The notes: generated by a model not told the origin, from the letters alone. Counted from the first letter of the stretch, positions 38,748-49,237 are shown. The stretch is DNA of 64,000 nucleotides from Thermodesulfobacteriota bacterium (GCA_963675595.2 CAXXLZ010000002.1:4000001-4064000), one strand, 5' to 3'. Program-made: numbers and translations.

Positions 38748-40535
38748 TTAAGCGTTGTGCTGCGGCCGGACCTGCATCTCCGCCCAATGACTTTCCTGTT
38801 CCCGATCGGGAACGGGTTTTTCCTGGAATTGCAGTTGATGGAGTCGAAAATATTCCCCGTGAAGATCAAGCAGCTCCTTGTGCCGTCCCTGCTCCACAAT
38901 ACGTCCTTGGGAAAGAACGATGATTCGGTCCGCGTTGCGTACGGTGGACAGACGATGGGCGATCACAAAGGTCGTACGGCTCTTCATGAGGTTCTCTATG
39001 GCTTTTTGAACCTCCAGTTCACTCTCCGAGTCCAGGGAGGAGGTGGCTTCATCCAGGATTAAGATGGGAGCGTCCTTCAGCAGGGCTCTGGCGATGGAGA
39101 GCCTTTGCCGCTCCCCTCCGGAGAGACGGACGCCCTGGTCCCCTATCAGGGTATCGAATCCCTGGGGAAGCTCCTCGATGAACTTCAAGGCGTGAGCCTG
39201 TCGAGCCGCCTGAACGACCTCGTCCCGGCTCCTGTCCGGGCTTCCGTAGATGATGTTGTTGAAAACCGTATCGTTGAACAGAATGGTCTGCTGGCTCACG
39301 ATGCCGATCCGGCTGCGCAGGGAGGCCAGTTCGGCATCACGGATATCCACTTCGTCGATCAGGATGCTTCCTCCGGTGACGTCGTAGAATCTGGGGATCA
39401 GATTGACCAGCGTGGTTTTTCCACCGCCGCTGGTACCCACAATGGCCAGAACTTCACCCGGCTTGACGTCGAGATTGATATCCTTGAGGACCTGAGTTTC
39501 ATCGTAAGCAAAGGACACGTCTTGAAATCGGATGGATCTTTTGAACGGCGGAAGGGTTACGGCATCCTCGCGCTCTTGGATCGTGGGCTGAGTGTCCAGC
39601 ACTTCGAACACCCGCGCAGCCGCCGCCAGTCCGGTCTGGATGGTGGCGTTCACTCCGTTCAGTTTGCGCACCGGATCGTAGAGGATCAGCAGTGCGGTGA
39701 TGAATGAGAAGAAAGTACCCGGAGTGGAATACCCTTTGATCACATTGTATCCTCCCCAACCCACCACAAAGGCGATGCCGACTCCGCCAAGGGTTTCCAT
39801 GAGAGGGGAAGAGATGGCCCGAACGCGGACCTCTCGGATTACATAACCGAAAAAACGACGATTATTCACGTTGAACCGATTGGTCTCGTATTCCTCTGTC
39901 GAAAATGCTTTGACCAAGCGTTGTCCGGAAATGGTTTCCTGAAGATGGGAAGTGATTTCACCCATGGTGATTTGGGCGTCGCGACTGATTCGTCGAATCA
40001 TGCGGCCGAACTTGTGCAACGGGTATATGGCTGCCGGGAAGACGGTCACCGCAATGATGGCCAGCTTCCAGTCGCGATAAAAAATCACGCCCACAAGAAA
40101 GATGATGGTGAAAACTTCCCTCAGAGAACCGGTAACCGCGTGAGATACAGCCCCCTGAATGAGATTCACGTCGTTGGTGATTCGGCTGATCAATACGCCG
40201 CTCTGGTTTCGATCGTAAAAACTCAAAGACAGGGACTGGAGATGCGCATACAGTCGCTCGCGAAGATCGGCGACGATTCTCTGACCCACGAAGTCCATTA
40301 GATAGGTGCTGCCGAAAGTGAAGGCTCCTTTAACGATGAACAGGAGCAGAATGGCCGGTGGGAGCAGTTTCAGCATGTCCATGCGCTTCTCGACGAAAAT
40401 CTCGTCCATTACGGGTTTGACGAGAAACGCCATGAGGGAAGTGAATATGGCCACGAAGATCATGCAGACCATAGCCCACATGAGGAGCATCCAGTGGGGT
40501 TTGACCAACAGCGTCAATCGGCGGAAGAGACTCAC
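38748..40535 (-). CDS. msbA: Lipid A export ABC transporter
   Basis: TM domain plus GTSGGGKTT, LSGGERQR, ILDEAT, AHRLST; sits in the lipid A cluster. Confidence 0.92.
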   Translation of the reverse strand: MSLFRRLTLLVKPHWMLLMWAMVCMIFVAIFTSLMAFLVKPVMDEIFVEKRMDMLKLLPPAILLLFIVKGAFTFGSTYLMDFVGQRIVADLRERLYAHLQSLSLSFYDRNQSGVLISRITNDVNLIQGAVSHAVTGSLREVFTIIFLVGVIFYRDWKLAIIAVTVFPAAIYPLHKFGRMIRRISRDAQITMGEITSHLQETISGQRLVKAFSTEEYETNRFNVNNRRFFGYVIREVRVRAISSPLMETLGGVGIAFVVGWGGYNVIKGYSTPGTFFSFITALLILYDPVRKLNGVNATIQTGLAAAARVFEVLDTQPTIQEREDAVTLPPFKRSIRFQDVSFAYDETQVLKDINLDVKPGEVLAIVGTSGGGKTTLVNLIPRFYDVTGGSILIDEVDIRDAELASLRSRIGIVSQQTILFNDTVFNNIIYGSPDRSRDEVVQAARQAHALKFIEELPQGFDTLIGDQGVRLSGGERQRLSIARALLKDAPILILDEATSSLDSESELEVQKAIENLMKSRTTFVIAHRLSTVRNADRIIVLSQGRIVEQGRHKELLDLHGEYFRLHQLQFQEKPVPDREQESHWAEMQVRPQHNA

Positions 40536-40647
40536 GACATCACCTCCTCGGACGGGAGATCCGAACGCCGGATGGAAGCGACCGGCTTTTGGGTTCGACA
40601 GGCGGAAACAGGGGTTCTCGGGGAGGCGCCTTTTCGTGGATGTGCCG

Positions 40648-41781
40648 TCAGCATGGAAGTTCCAGGATCTTCTCCGCCGCGCGGCGAGACGCTCCGGGCT
40701 TTCCCATTTTGGATCGGATCTCCTGAAAATCGTTTAACATCTTCTTGCGTGCGGGTGCGTCCGTCATGAGTCGGACCAGTTCCGAGGCCATGCGGTGGGG
40801 CACGGCGTCGTGCTGAAGAAGTTCTTTGGCGATTTCCCTTCCGGCAATCAAATTGATGATTCCGAGAAACGGCAGCTTGAAGAGCGCTTTTCCCAGGACA
40901 TAGCTGATGGGTGAAAGACGGTACACGATACAGAGGGGCACGTTTAACATGGCCGTTTCCAAGGTGGCGGAGCCGGACGCCACCAAGGCGGCGTCGAGGC
41001 ATTGCATGGCCGCCTGAAAGCGGTTTGTCTCCATGTGCACCGGAAGACTCAGCCCCTGCAAATAGGGTCGGAAATCAGACTCGTCAAGGGTTCTCGCCAC
41101 GGGGAGAATGAACTCCACATCGCTCAACCGTTTGCGAACCCGTGCCGCGGCTTCCAGCATGGAAGGGAACATGAGCTTCACCTCGCTCATGCGGCTTCCG
41201 GGCAGGAGTCCGATGTACCGCTTGTCCGGGGACAACCCCAGTCGATCCAGGGCTTCGTTGCGGGTTAACCACTCCACCGGATCATCCATCAGAGGATGGC
41301 CCACGAACTCCGCGTTGATTCCGTATTCGGCGTAGAAGTCCTTTTCAAAAGGAAAGATCACGATCATCTTGTCCACCCATCGGGCGACCTGACGGACCCG
41401 GCCTCTACGCCATGCCCAAATCTGGGGACTGATGTAATATACCACGGGAATACCAAGATGGTGGGCGATTTGGGCGACCCTGAAGTTGAAATCCGGAAAA
41501 TCGATGAGTATTACCAAGTCGGGACGGCGGGTCTTGAATTCCCTGCGGATGCGGAGGAGGGTTCGCAGGACGAGGCCCAGTTTGTCGAGGACTTCCAAAC
41601 CCCCAATCACGGAGAGTGCTCGGCTGTCGAGGAAGGGTTCCACCCCCTGATCTCGCAGCGCGGGACCGCAAATACCGGAAATCTTGGTTCCAGGGGCGAG
41701 GCGGTTGATTTCCTCCACCAGCCTGGCCCCATGTTTGTCTCCTGAGGCTTCACCCGCCACGATGAAAAAACGCCTGCTCAA
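40648..41781 (-). CDS. lpxB: Lipid-A-disaccharide synthase
   Basis: VAGEASGD, IDFPDFN, YISPQIWAWR, FVGHPL, LLPGSR, SGSATLE; TTG start overlaps the upstream stop. Confidence 0.96.
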   Translation of the reverse strand: MSRRFFIVAGEASGDKHGARLVEEINRLAPGTKISGICGPALRDQGVEPFLDSRALSVIGGLEVLDKLGLVLRTLLRIRREFKTRRPDLVILIDFPDFNFRVAQIAHHLGIPVVYYISPQIWAWRRGRVRQVARWVDKMIVIFPFEKDFYAEYGINAEFVGHPLMDDPVEWLTRNEALDRLGLSPDKRYIGLLPGSRMSEVKLMFPSMLEAAARVRKRLSDVEFILPVARTLDESDFRPYLQGLSLPVHMETNRFQAAMQCLDAALVASGSATLETAMLNVPLCIVYRLSPISYVLGKALFKLPFLGIINLIAGREIAKELLQHDAVPHRMASELVRLMTDAPARKKMLNDFQEIRSKMGKPGASRRAAEKILELPC

Positions 41782-42785
41782 CCCGGTTCCCCCGTTTCGG
41801 TCATGGATGCCGCGGCGGCTGTCAGACGCTCGGAGATGGCTTCCATGATGCGGATACACACCTCCAAAGCGTTTCTGCCTTTGTGCCCGTCCACCAAAGG
41901 CGGCTTTCGGGTCCGGACGCATTCCACAAACGCCTTGAGCTCCTCTGCAAGAGGATCCGAATCGGTATAACGAACCGTGTTGCCTGAAATCTGCGGACCG
42001 CCTTGTTCCGGGGAACCTTGAGATCTCAGAATAACGGCGAGTTCCCGATCGGCGAAGTCCACTGTAAGGTAGGCGTTAGGCTGGAAGATGCGAATCTTCC
42101 TAAGGCTTTTCATGGAAATCCGACTCGCGGTGATATTCGCCACGCAGCCGTTGGCAAAGGAAATCCGTGCGTTGGCGATGTCCACCCTGGGGGAGAGCAC
42201 GGGTACGCCCACGGCCTCGATGTTGGTTACCGGGGAGTTCACGCATCCCAGAATGATGTCCACATCGTGAATCATGAGGTCCGTCACCACGTCCAGATCC
42301 GTACCGCGCTCCTTGAACGTGCCGAGTCGGTGGGATTCGATGAACATGGGACGGGAGAGCTTTTCTTTGAGCGCCACCACCGCCGGATTGAAGTGTTCGA
42401 GATGGCCCACCTGAATAATGCGGTCCGTCTCATGCGCGATGCGGATCAGTTCATCCGCTTCCTCGAGAGATTGGGTGATGGGTTTTTCCACGAGCACATC
42501 CTTGCCGTGCATCAGAAATTCTTTGGCGATGCGATGATGCTCGGAAGTGGGAACGACGATGCTTACGGCATCCACCTTATCCAAGAGGTCTCGATAGTCG
42601 GTGCAGGAGAGCACTCCGTACTCCGAGCCCAAACCCCGACAACGCCCTTCGTCCACATCGGCCAATCCAACCAGTCGGACTCCGGGCATGGCCGCGTACT
42701 TATCGGCATGAAACTTCCCGAGATATCCCACACCCACCACGCCCACCCGGACGGGGCGGTGCTCCTTTTTATTTGCTGTTTCCAT
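41778..42785 (-). CDS. Gfo/Idh/MocA oxidoreductase, probable GnnA (UDP-GlcNAc 3-dehydrogenase)
   Basis: GVGYLG..HA, VEKPI, QVGH.E.FNP, DLMIHD, TASRIS; located between lpxA/lpxI and lpxB. Confidence 0.8.
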   Translation of the reverse strand: METANKKEHRPVRVGVVGVGYLGKFHADKYAAMPGVRLVGLADVDEGRCRGLGSEYGVLSCTDYRDLLDKVDAVSIVVPTSEHHRIAKEFLMHGKDVLVEKPITQSLEEADELIRIAHETDRIIQVGHLEHFNPAVVALKEKLSRPMFIESHRLGTFKERGTDLDVVTDLMIHDVDIILGCVNSPVTNIEAVGVPVLSPRVDIANARISFANGCVANITASRISMKSLRKIRIFQPNAYLTVDFADRELAVILRSQGSPEQGGPQISGNTVRYTDSDPLAEELKAFVECVRTRKPPLVDGHKGRNALEVCIRIMEAISERLTAAAASMTETGEPG

Positions 42786-42843
42786 GGCTTGAGTCGGAAC
42801 CTTGGCGAAAGTGAGTGTGGAGGGGGCGATCGTCGGAGACTGG

Positions 42844-43650
42844 TCAGACTTCTCTGGCCACAATGCAGATGCGATGCCTGTCCGCTTCCTTGACCATCTC
42901 CTCTTTGTCGAATACCAGGGTCTTCCCCGCTTCGAGCCCCAATACGGAGCAGCCCGATTGAAGCATCTTTCGGACGGTGTCTATCCCCACGGAAGGGACG
43001 TCGAACCGGAGGTCCTGTGACGGTTTGGAAACCTTCACAACCACGGCGTTTTTCCCCGCAAGGGTGCCGCCGCGTTCGATCATGGCGTCGGTGCCTTCCA
43101 TGGCTTCGACCGCCACGATGGTCCCGGCGCGGACTACGACCGCCTGTCCGATATCCAACCGACCGATGCCTTTGGCGGTTTGGAAACCCAGTTGCAGATC
43201 GGACTCTTCGGAAGGAGAGGGCTTCTTCTTGGTGTAACAACCCGGAGCGGCCAACAGCTCGGGGACATAGAGCGTGGATTCTCGGATCTGAATCCCTTCG
43301 TCTTCGAATTCACGGGCCACTGCGCGGAGCAGGCCGTCGTCCTGGCGTGACTTCATCTTGAAAAAAAGGGTCGCTCCGCGAAAATCCGGGCGCACTTTTG
43401 AAAACATTCTGCTCTTGGTGATTCCCCCGCACATCACGGCTTCCGTGACGCCGGCCGTCTTGAAAACCTTGATCATCTTGCCCAATTGGCCGAGTTTGAC
43501 CCAATCCAGCACGTCGGCAACCGCTGAGATCTCGGGAAGCGTTTCGCCTTCGTGGGCGACGACTACGACCTTTCTGCCCCCGCGACGGGCCGATTGGGCG
43601 AACAGAATGGGGAAACGGCCGTTTCCGGCAATGACGCCGATGGGTTCCAT
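42844..43650 (-). CDS. lpxI: UDP-2,3-diacylglucosamine diphosphatase
   Basis: IAGNGRFP, DIGQAVVV, AVEAMEGTD, KPSQDLRFDVP. Confidence 0.93.
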   Translation of the reverse strand: MEPIGVIAGNGRFPILFAQSARRGGRKVVVVAHEGETLPEISAVADVLDWVKLGQLGKMIKVFKTAGVTEAVMCGGITKSRMFSKVRPDFRGATLFFKMKSRQDDGLLRAVAREFEDEGIQIRESTLYVPELLAAPGCYTKKKPSPSEESDLQLGFQTAKGIGRLDIGQAVVVRAGTIVAVEAMEGTDAMIERGGTLAGKNAVVVKVSKPSQDLRFDVPSVGIDTVRKMLQSGCSVLGLEAGKTLVFDKEEMVKEADRHRICIVAREV

Positions 43651-43655
43651 GGGGA

Positions 43656-44429
43656 TCAGCGCGTGACGCCTCGTTTGCTTTCTTCAATGAATTTAAGCAG
43701 ATGATCCACATCCGAACAATCGGGGATTTCCTGCATCACTTTCTGAACCGCCTCTTCAAGACGTAGCCCGGACCGGAAAAGGATCCGGTAGGCGCTCTTG
43801 ATGTCTCGTATCCGGTTCTCGTCAAATCCCTGCCGCTTCAGTCCGGTGACATTGATGCCGTGCAGTTTGGCCCGGTTGCCCGAAACCAATGTGAACGGCG
43901 GAATGTCCAGAACCACGGCGGTCATTCCGCCGATGAAACAGAATTTGCCGATGCGGGTGAACTGATGAACGCCCACGAGTCCGCCGACACTCGCATGATC
44001 CTCCACCACGATATGACCGGCCAAGGTTGCCGCATTGGCGAGGACGACTCCGTCACCGATGAGGCAATCATGGGCGACATGGGCGTAGGCCATGACCAGG
44101 TTGTCGCTTCCTAAACGAGTGAGTCCGCCGCCCCCTTCGGTTCCCCGATTAAGCGTCACGTATTCTCGAATTTGGTTGTTGTCCCCGATGACGAGACGGG
44201 TTTCCTCTCCGTGGAACTTCAGGTCTTGTGGAATTTCTCCAATGGAAGCGAATTGGAAGATTCGGTTTCCGCAGCCGATGGTCGTGTATTGCCGAATGAC
44301 TACGTGGGAAGCAATGACGGTTCCTGCTCCGATTTCCACATTGTCTTCGATCACGCTGTATGGACCGACGGAAACATCCGAAGCGAGCTTGGCGCCGGGA
44401 TGAATGATGGCTGTCGGGTGCACGTTCAT
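43656..44429 (-). CDS. lpxA: UDP-GlcNAc O-acyltransferase
   Basis: VHPTAII, PQDLKF, IREYVT..RGT, HVAHDC, VHQF, GINVTGLKR. Confidence 0.97.
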   Translation of the reverse strand: MNVHPTAIIHPGAKLASDVSVGPYSVIEDNVEIGAGTVIASHVVIRQYTTIGCGNRIFQFASIGEIPQDLKFHGEETRLVIGDNNQIREYVTLNRGTEGGGGLTRLGSDNLVMAYAHVAHDCLIGDGVVLANAATLAGHIVVEDHASVGGLVGVHQFTRIGKFCFIGGMTAVVLDIPPFTLVSGNRAKLHGINVTGLKRQGFDENRIRDIKSAYRILFRSGLRLEEAVQKVMQEIPDCSDVDHLLKFIEESKRGVTR

Positions 44430-44433
44430 CAAG

Positions 44434-44889
44434 TCACTTACCTCCAAGGAGGGCCGAAAGTTCGGCTTCGGCGGCCAAGTCCCCGTCTACCAGGGCCTTC
44501 CCGGCCAGTTTCCAGGCGCGCTGTTTGGGGTTGCCCCGCAACACGTCCACTTCGAGAATCAGTTGGTCTCCCGGGACAACGAGTTTGCGGAATCGTACTT
44601 TTTCCATCCCAATAAAAAGCATTTCCTTCCTGTGGGTTTCCTCCCCCAAAGACCACGCTCCCAGCACGCCTCCCACCTGCCCCATGGCCTCGAGTATGAG
44701 AACTCCCGGCATGATGGGATTCCCGGGGAAATGTCCCTGGAAGAACGGTTCGTTGGCGGTGACGTTCTTGTAGCCCACCGCACGCTTATTGGCCTCTAGT
44801 TCCGTGATTCGGTCGACCAGCAGCAACGGGTATCGATGCGGCAAGTACTTGGTGATCTCCCGGTAACCCATGGGTAGTTCCATGGTCAT
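44434..44889 (-). CDS. fabZ: 3-hydroxyacyl-ACP dehydratase
   Basis: LPHRYPLLLVDR, NEPFFQGHFP..PIMPGVLILEAM. Confidence 0.97.
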   Translation of the reverse strand: MTMELPMGYREITKYLPHRYPLLLVDRITELEANKRAVGYKNVTANEPFFQGHFPGNPIMPGVLILEAMGQVGGVLGAWSLGEETHRKEMLFIGMEKVRFRKLVVPGDQLILEVDVLRGNPKQRAWKLAGKALVDGDLAAEAELSALLGGK

Positions 44890-45923
44890 CCTCCGCTCGC
44901 CTTGTCCTCCAGCTCTCGTAGACGTTTTTCGAGTTCCTGAACCCTTTTTGCAAGTTGCGGCAGTTTGGGCAATACAGCCATGTATCGGATGGTAACCTGG
45001 TGAGGAAGGGCGGGGGTTCCGCTGACCACCATGTCTGCCTCAAGCGGACGTGTGACACCGCTCTGAGCGGCGATCATGGTGCGATCGCCCACCTCGATGT
45101 GGCCTACGAATCCGACTTGACCCCCGATCTGAACGTCGGCGCCGATCCGGGAGGATCCCGCGATGCCCGCTTGGGCCGCAATGACGGTATTCTCACCGAT
45201 CACCACATTGTGCGCCACCTGAACCAGGTTATCCAGTTTCACTCCTCGGCATATCCGGGTCCTCCCCAAAGTCGCCCTATCCACCGTGCAATTGGCCCCG
45301 ATTTCCACGTCGTCTTCGATCTGCACGATTCCAAGCTGGGGAACTTTGACCTGCCGATCGACATCCCTGGCGTACCCGAACCCGTCGCTTCCGATTACCG
45401 TACCGCTGTGGAGGATCACTCGCGAACCGATGATGCATCGATCCAAAACGACCACGTTCGGATGGAGTACGCAGTCTTCACCGACCACGGCGTTGCGGCC
45501 GACACACGCACCGGGATACAGAACGGATCGCGAACCGACGGTTGCGCCGGGACCCACATAGGCCATGGGATAGACGGCAACGTCTTGTCCGAGCGAGGCA
45601 CTCTCATGGATGGAGGCCTGCGGGCTGACGGATCGATCGATTTCGACCGGACTCTGAAAGAGGGCGGAAATTAGGGCAAAGGCCAGATAGGGGTTGGAAA
45701 CCCGGAGTGCCGCCGCTTTTGTTTTGCCTCGATAGTCCTTCTTTACAATGACCGCCCCGGCATTGGAGGAGGCGAGAAAAGTCTCGTATTTGGGATTGGC
45801 CAGGAAGGTAATGTCTCCGGGGCCGGCCTCCTGTATTCCCGCCACCCCTGAGATCATCAACTCTTTTGGACCTTCCGCTTCCCCACCGACCAAGTCGGCC
45901 AGTTCAAACAAAGTCCTGGTCAT
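44886..45923 (-). CDS. lpxD: UDP-3-O-acylglucosamine N-acyltransferase
   Basis: Hexapeptide repeats, GSDGFGY, KVPQLG, DNLVQVAHNV. Confidence 0.97.
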   Translation of the reverse strand: MTRTLFELADLVGGEAEGPKELMISGVAGIQEAGPGDITFLANPKYETFLASSNAGAVIVKKDYRGKTKAAALRVSNPYLAFALISALFQSPVEIDRSVSPQASIHESASLGQDVAVYPMAYVGPGATVGSRSVLYPGACVGRNAVVGEDCVLHPNVVVLDRCIIGSRVILHSGTVIGSDGFGYARDVDRQVKVPQLGIVQIEDDVEIGANCTVDRATLGRTRICRGVKLDNLVQVAHNVVIGENTVIAAQAGIAGSSRIGADVQIGGQVGFVGHIEVGDRTMIAAQSGVTRPLEADMVVSGTPALPHQVTIRYMAVLPKLPQLAKRVQELEKRLRELEDKASGG

Positions 45924-45937
45924 ACCGCCCGCCTGAG

Positions 45938-46474
45938 TTATTTTCCGCCTTTAGCGGTCTGTGCGTCGTATTCTTTGAGGATTTGCTTGGTGATGTCGAC
46001 CGACGGGACCGAATAAAGAGTGGTTCTTTTTTCCAGGACAATGTCGAAACCTCCGGCATGCGCCACTTTGTTCAAGATGCCGTCCAGGTCTTTGAAGATT
46101 CGCATCTTCATCATGTTCTCATCTTCCTTGATCTCATCGTTGAAGTCGCGAACCATATCCTGAAGATCCCGCTGTCTCTTCCTGAAGTCCCGTTCCTTGT
46201 CTTGGTAGGCCGCGGAACTCAACATCATTCCTTGTTTGTCCAGTTCATCCTTCAGCTTTTGGAGTTCGGCCTGCGCGGCATCCAACTTGGCCTTCAGTTT
46301 GTCGTTCTTGGCTTCCAGCAACTTCTTGGCCTTCTTGCCCTCGACCGATTCGTTCAGGCACGTTTGCAGGTCGATGATTCCGATCTTGATGGGATCCGCG
46401 GCCGGGGCCTTGGAGCACAGCAGGCCCAAAACGATGAGAAGTGCTAGGGTCGAGGTCAAATAACGATACTTCAT
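45938..46474 (-). CDS. ompH: OmpH/Skp periplasmic chaperone
   Basis: Signal peptide, KIGIID, coiled coil, VDIT..IL; between bamA and lpxD. Confidence 0.92.
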   Translation of the reverse strand: MKYRYLTSTLALLIVLGLLCSKAPAADPIKIGIIDLQTCLNESVEGKKAKKLLEAKNDKLKAKLDAAQAELQKLKDELDKQGMMLSSAAYQDKERDFRKRQRDLQDMVRDFNDEIKEDENMMKMRIFKDLDGILNKVAHAGGFDIVLEKRTTLYSVPSVDITKQILKEYDAQTAKGGK

Positions 46475-46573
46475 GCAATAAACCTCCTTAAGCTGGTGGT
46501 CTTTTCGTCGTTACCGGAAAAGTTGATTGATGCCGGGACCATATCCCGCATGATCCATCGAGGTCCGTAATCG

Positions 46574-49237
46574 CTAGAATCCGTACCCGATGGTGAAATC
46601 CCAGACGTTGGAATCCTCGTCTTCTTCAGGGGCGAGGTTGTATCCCCATTCCAGGCGAAGCGGGCCGAGGGGGGAATACCACCGGATACCGCCTCCCACC
46701 GAACGCCTAAGGTTGGTGAAATCCCAATCTCCATCATCGGGATAGACGTTTCCCAAGTCGAAGAACGTTACGCCGTAAATAGCTGTTTCCTTAAGTATGG
46801 GGAATCTCAGCTCGAAGTTGAAAAAGACGAACTTATCGCCGCCGATCCGGTCGCCCGTGATCGGGTCCCTGGGACTGACCTTGCGAATTTGGAAGCCTCG
46901 GATGGTGTTCAAACCGCCAAGGTAGAATTTTTCATACAACAGGAGTTCATCCCCTTCATTCTTCTGGATGTAACCGATCCTGCCGCGGGAAAAGAAAGAC
47001 ATATCCCAGAACAGCGGAAAGTACCAAGCCGAGTTGGCAAGGTATTTAATAAAACCGGCGCTTCCGCCCAAAGGCCCGCCGGCGTATTCCACCGAAACCC
47101 AGTTGTCGGAACCCTTTGTCGTCAGAAAGTAGGCGTCCCGTGTGTCTCTACGAAGCCCCAGAGTCACCGCGCTGGTGGTATGATGGCCTTCCTGGTCTCG
47201 AATGATGATGGAAGCATCGTCGTCGACGTCCGTCACATCCGCGCTTTCAAAGCGGTAAGTACTCCAGATGTCCACATCCCATTTCCGCCACAGGGGATAG
47301 CTCAACTTGAGGTTGCCTCCCCAGCTGTCCTTGGTGAAGTCGTCGTACTCTCGTTCAAGTTTGAAGAGGCCGACCGTGGTTTCCAGAGGGATGTCGAAAA
47401 GCCAGGGCTCGGTGAAGTTGATGGAGAACTGGGTCGACTTTCCTCCGAGAACGCCGGAGAAGGACATCCTCTGGCCGTATCCCAGAAAATTCCTTTCCTG
47501 AATTTCGAAAGAGCCCACGATGCCTTCGTTGGAGCTGAATCCCGCACCCACGGCCAAATTTCCCGTCTTCTTCTCCATGACGTTCACTTGGAGCACCAGG
47601 GTGTCGTCACGCGAACCTTTTGTGGTGTTAAACTCGATATTTTCGAAAAAGTCCAACCGATGGAGCTTCTGGGAGCTGTTTCTCAAGCCTTCGGCGCTGA
47701 ACAGGCCTTGTTCATACACGGACAGCTCGCGTCGGATCACCTTGTCCCGAGTCTTGGTGTTACCCGAGATGTTGATCCGTTCGAAGTGAATGATATCGTT
47801 CTTCCGGATATCATAGGTGAGATTCACGAGCAGTTTGTCGTAGTCCGTATTCTGGATCGGGTTCACGTCGGGAAAGGCGTACCCTCGGTTGTTATAGACC
47901 TCTCTGAGGGCCAATACGTCCTTGCGAACGATTTCCCTGTTGTACACGTCGCCGCTTTTCGCTTGGAGAAGCCCCATAAGTTCCTCTTCAGGAACAATGA
48001 ACTCGCCCTGGAGCTTCACTTCGCCGAAGGAATACCTTGGGCCTTCGTCAATGGGGATGGTGATGTAGATTCCATCTTCCCGAGTATCAATATCGGGCCT
48101 TCCCACCTTGACCTGGATGTAACCGTTGTTCTGATAGAATGAGGAAAGATTTTCCAGGTCGTTTTCGAGCTTGGGCATCTCGAGCTTGCCCGTTTTGAGC
48201 AGCCAGCTCAAGAATCCTTTGACTTTGGTGCTCATCTGGCTTCTCAGATCGCCGTCATCGAAAGCCGTGTTGCCCTGGAAATCTATTTGCCGGATGTAAA
48301 CCTTGCTTCCTTCCCGGACATTGACGGCAACCACGACCTCGCCTTCCTTAACGTGCTCGATACGGTAGTCGATTTCGGCATTTAGATAGCCGTCCTTGCG
48401 GTAGAGCTCTTTTAGGTTCTCGACGCCTTCCTTGAGTTTCTGCTCGTTGAGTACGGAATAACTCTTGACGTTGAAAGCGTCGCTTGCATCCGCTTCTTTG
48501 ATCTCGTCGAGCCCCACGAACTGAACGTCGGTCACGGTGGGGTTCTCTTTGACTTCGTAGATGACTTTGAGCCCGTCGGCCAGTGGTTCGGTGCGGACTC
48601 GAACATCATCAAAATATCCCATTTCGAAAATCGCTCTGATGTCCTCGTCGGTCTTCTTCAGGGAGAACAAGTCGCCTGGTAAGGACTTGACCACTGCGAG
48701 GATGGCTTCCTTTTCAATGCGTTGATTCCCCGATACCGCGAGTTCGCCGATTCGCCGGTCTCCGTAAATATAGATCACGACCTTTTGCGTCAGTTCTTCA
48801 ACCAAGGAGGGTAAGGATTTCATTTCCCGGCCTTGAGCAAAGAGCCTGACCGCCGGTCGTTCTTTTTCCAAGCTTACCAAGAGGGCGTCCAGACTTACGG
48901 TTTTTCCCACGACGGTCAGACTTCCCGTCATGGCGAAGCCCGCCTCGAGGAATCGACCGACTTCTTTTGCGGCTTCCTCTCCGGTCGGATCCACGGAAAG
49001 AAAGGAAACCACTCGTTGGGTCATGGCCGGGTCCAGCACTCGAATCCGTTCTTCCTTGAGTTTATCGCTGAAAATGGCCGGCACCTCGAGACGATACCGT
49101 GAGAGGTCTTCTTGGCTGTGAATCTGAAAAGGCAGGATGACAAGCAGCGGGTCTTCGGCTGCATGTGCGCACAAAGGAAAAAGCAGGAACATCACCGACA
49201 GAATGATTCTACGCGACCAGTTGTTCCCCATGCTCAC
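46574..49237 (-). CDS. bamA: Outer membrane protein assembly factor with an extra N-terminal domain
   Basis: POTRA repeats (GNQRIE, GYFDDV, GNTKTRDKVIRRE), FTEPW, IRGF loop-6 motif, WYSPLGPL, terminal F. Confidence 0.96.
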   Translation of the reverse strand: MSMGNNWSRRIILSVMFLLFPLCAHAAEDPLLVILPFQIHSQEDLSRYRLEVPAIFSDKLKEERIRVLDPAMTQRVVSFLSVDPTGEEAAKEVGRFLEAGFAMTGSLTVVGKTVSLDALLVSLEKERPAVRLFAQGREMKSLPSLVEELTQKVVIYIYGDRRIGELAVSGNQRIEKEAILAVVKSLPGDLFSLKKTDEDIRAIFEMGYFDDVRVRTEPLADGLKVIYEVKENPTVTDVQFVGLDEIKEADASDAFNVKSYSVLNEQKLKEGVENLKELYRKDGYLNAEIDYRIEHVKEGEVVVAVNVREGSKVYIRQIDFQGNTAFDDGDLRSQMSTKVKGFLSWLLKTGKLEMPKLENDLENLSSFYQNNGYIQVKVGRPDIDTREDGIYITIPIDEGPRYSFGEVKLQGEFIVPEEELMGLLQAKSGDVYNREIVRKDVLALREVYNNRGYAFPDVNPIQNTDYDKLLVNLTYDIRKNDIIHFERINISGNTKTRDKVIRRELSVYEQGLFSAEGLRNSSQKLHRLDFFENIEFNTTKGSRDDTLVLQVNVMEKKTGNLAVGAGFSSNEGIVGSFEIQERNFLGYGQRMSFSGVLGGKSTQFSINFTEPWLFDIPLETTVGLFKLEREYDDFTKDSWGGNLKLSYPLWRKWDVDIWSTYRFESADVTDVDDDASIIIRDQEGHHTTSAVTLGLRRDTRDAYFLTTKGSDNWVSVEYAGGPLGGSAGFIKYLANSAWYFPLFWDMSFFSRGRIGYIQKNEGDELLLYEKFYLGGLNTIRGFQIRKVSPRDPITGDRIGGDKFVFFNFELRFPILKETAIYGVTFFDLGNVYPDDGDWDFTNLRRSVGGGIRWYSPLGPLRLEWGYNLAPEEDEDSNVWDFTIGYGF

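Noticed and set aside
46889-48142. Long antisense ORFs (this 417-aa one opposite bamA; also 60187-61392, 13837-14835, 56145-57017, 42003-42893 and others)
   Set aside because: They fully overlap well-supported genes on the opposite strand, lack motifs, and are expected from GC-rich codon usage
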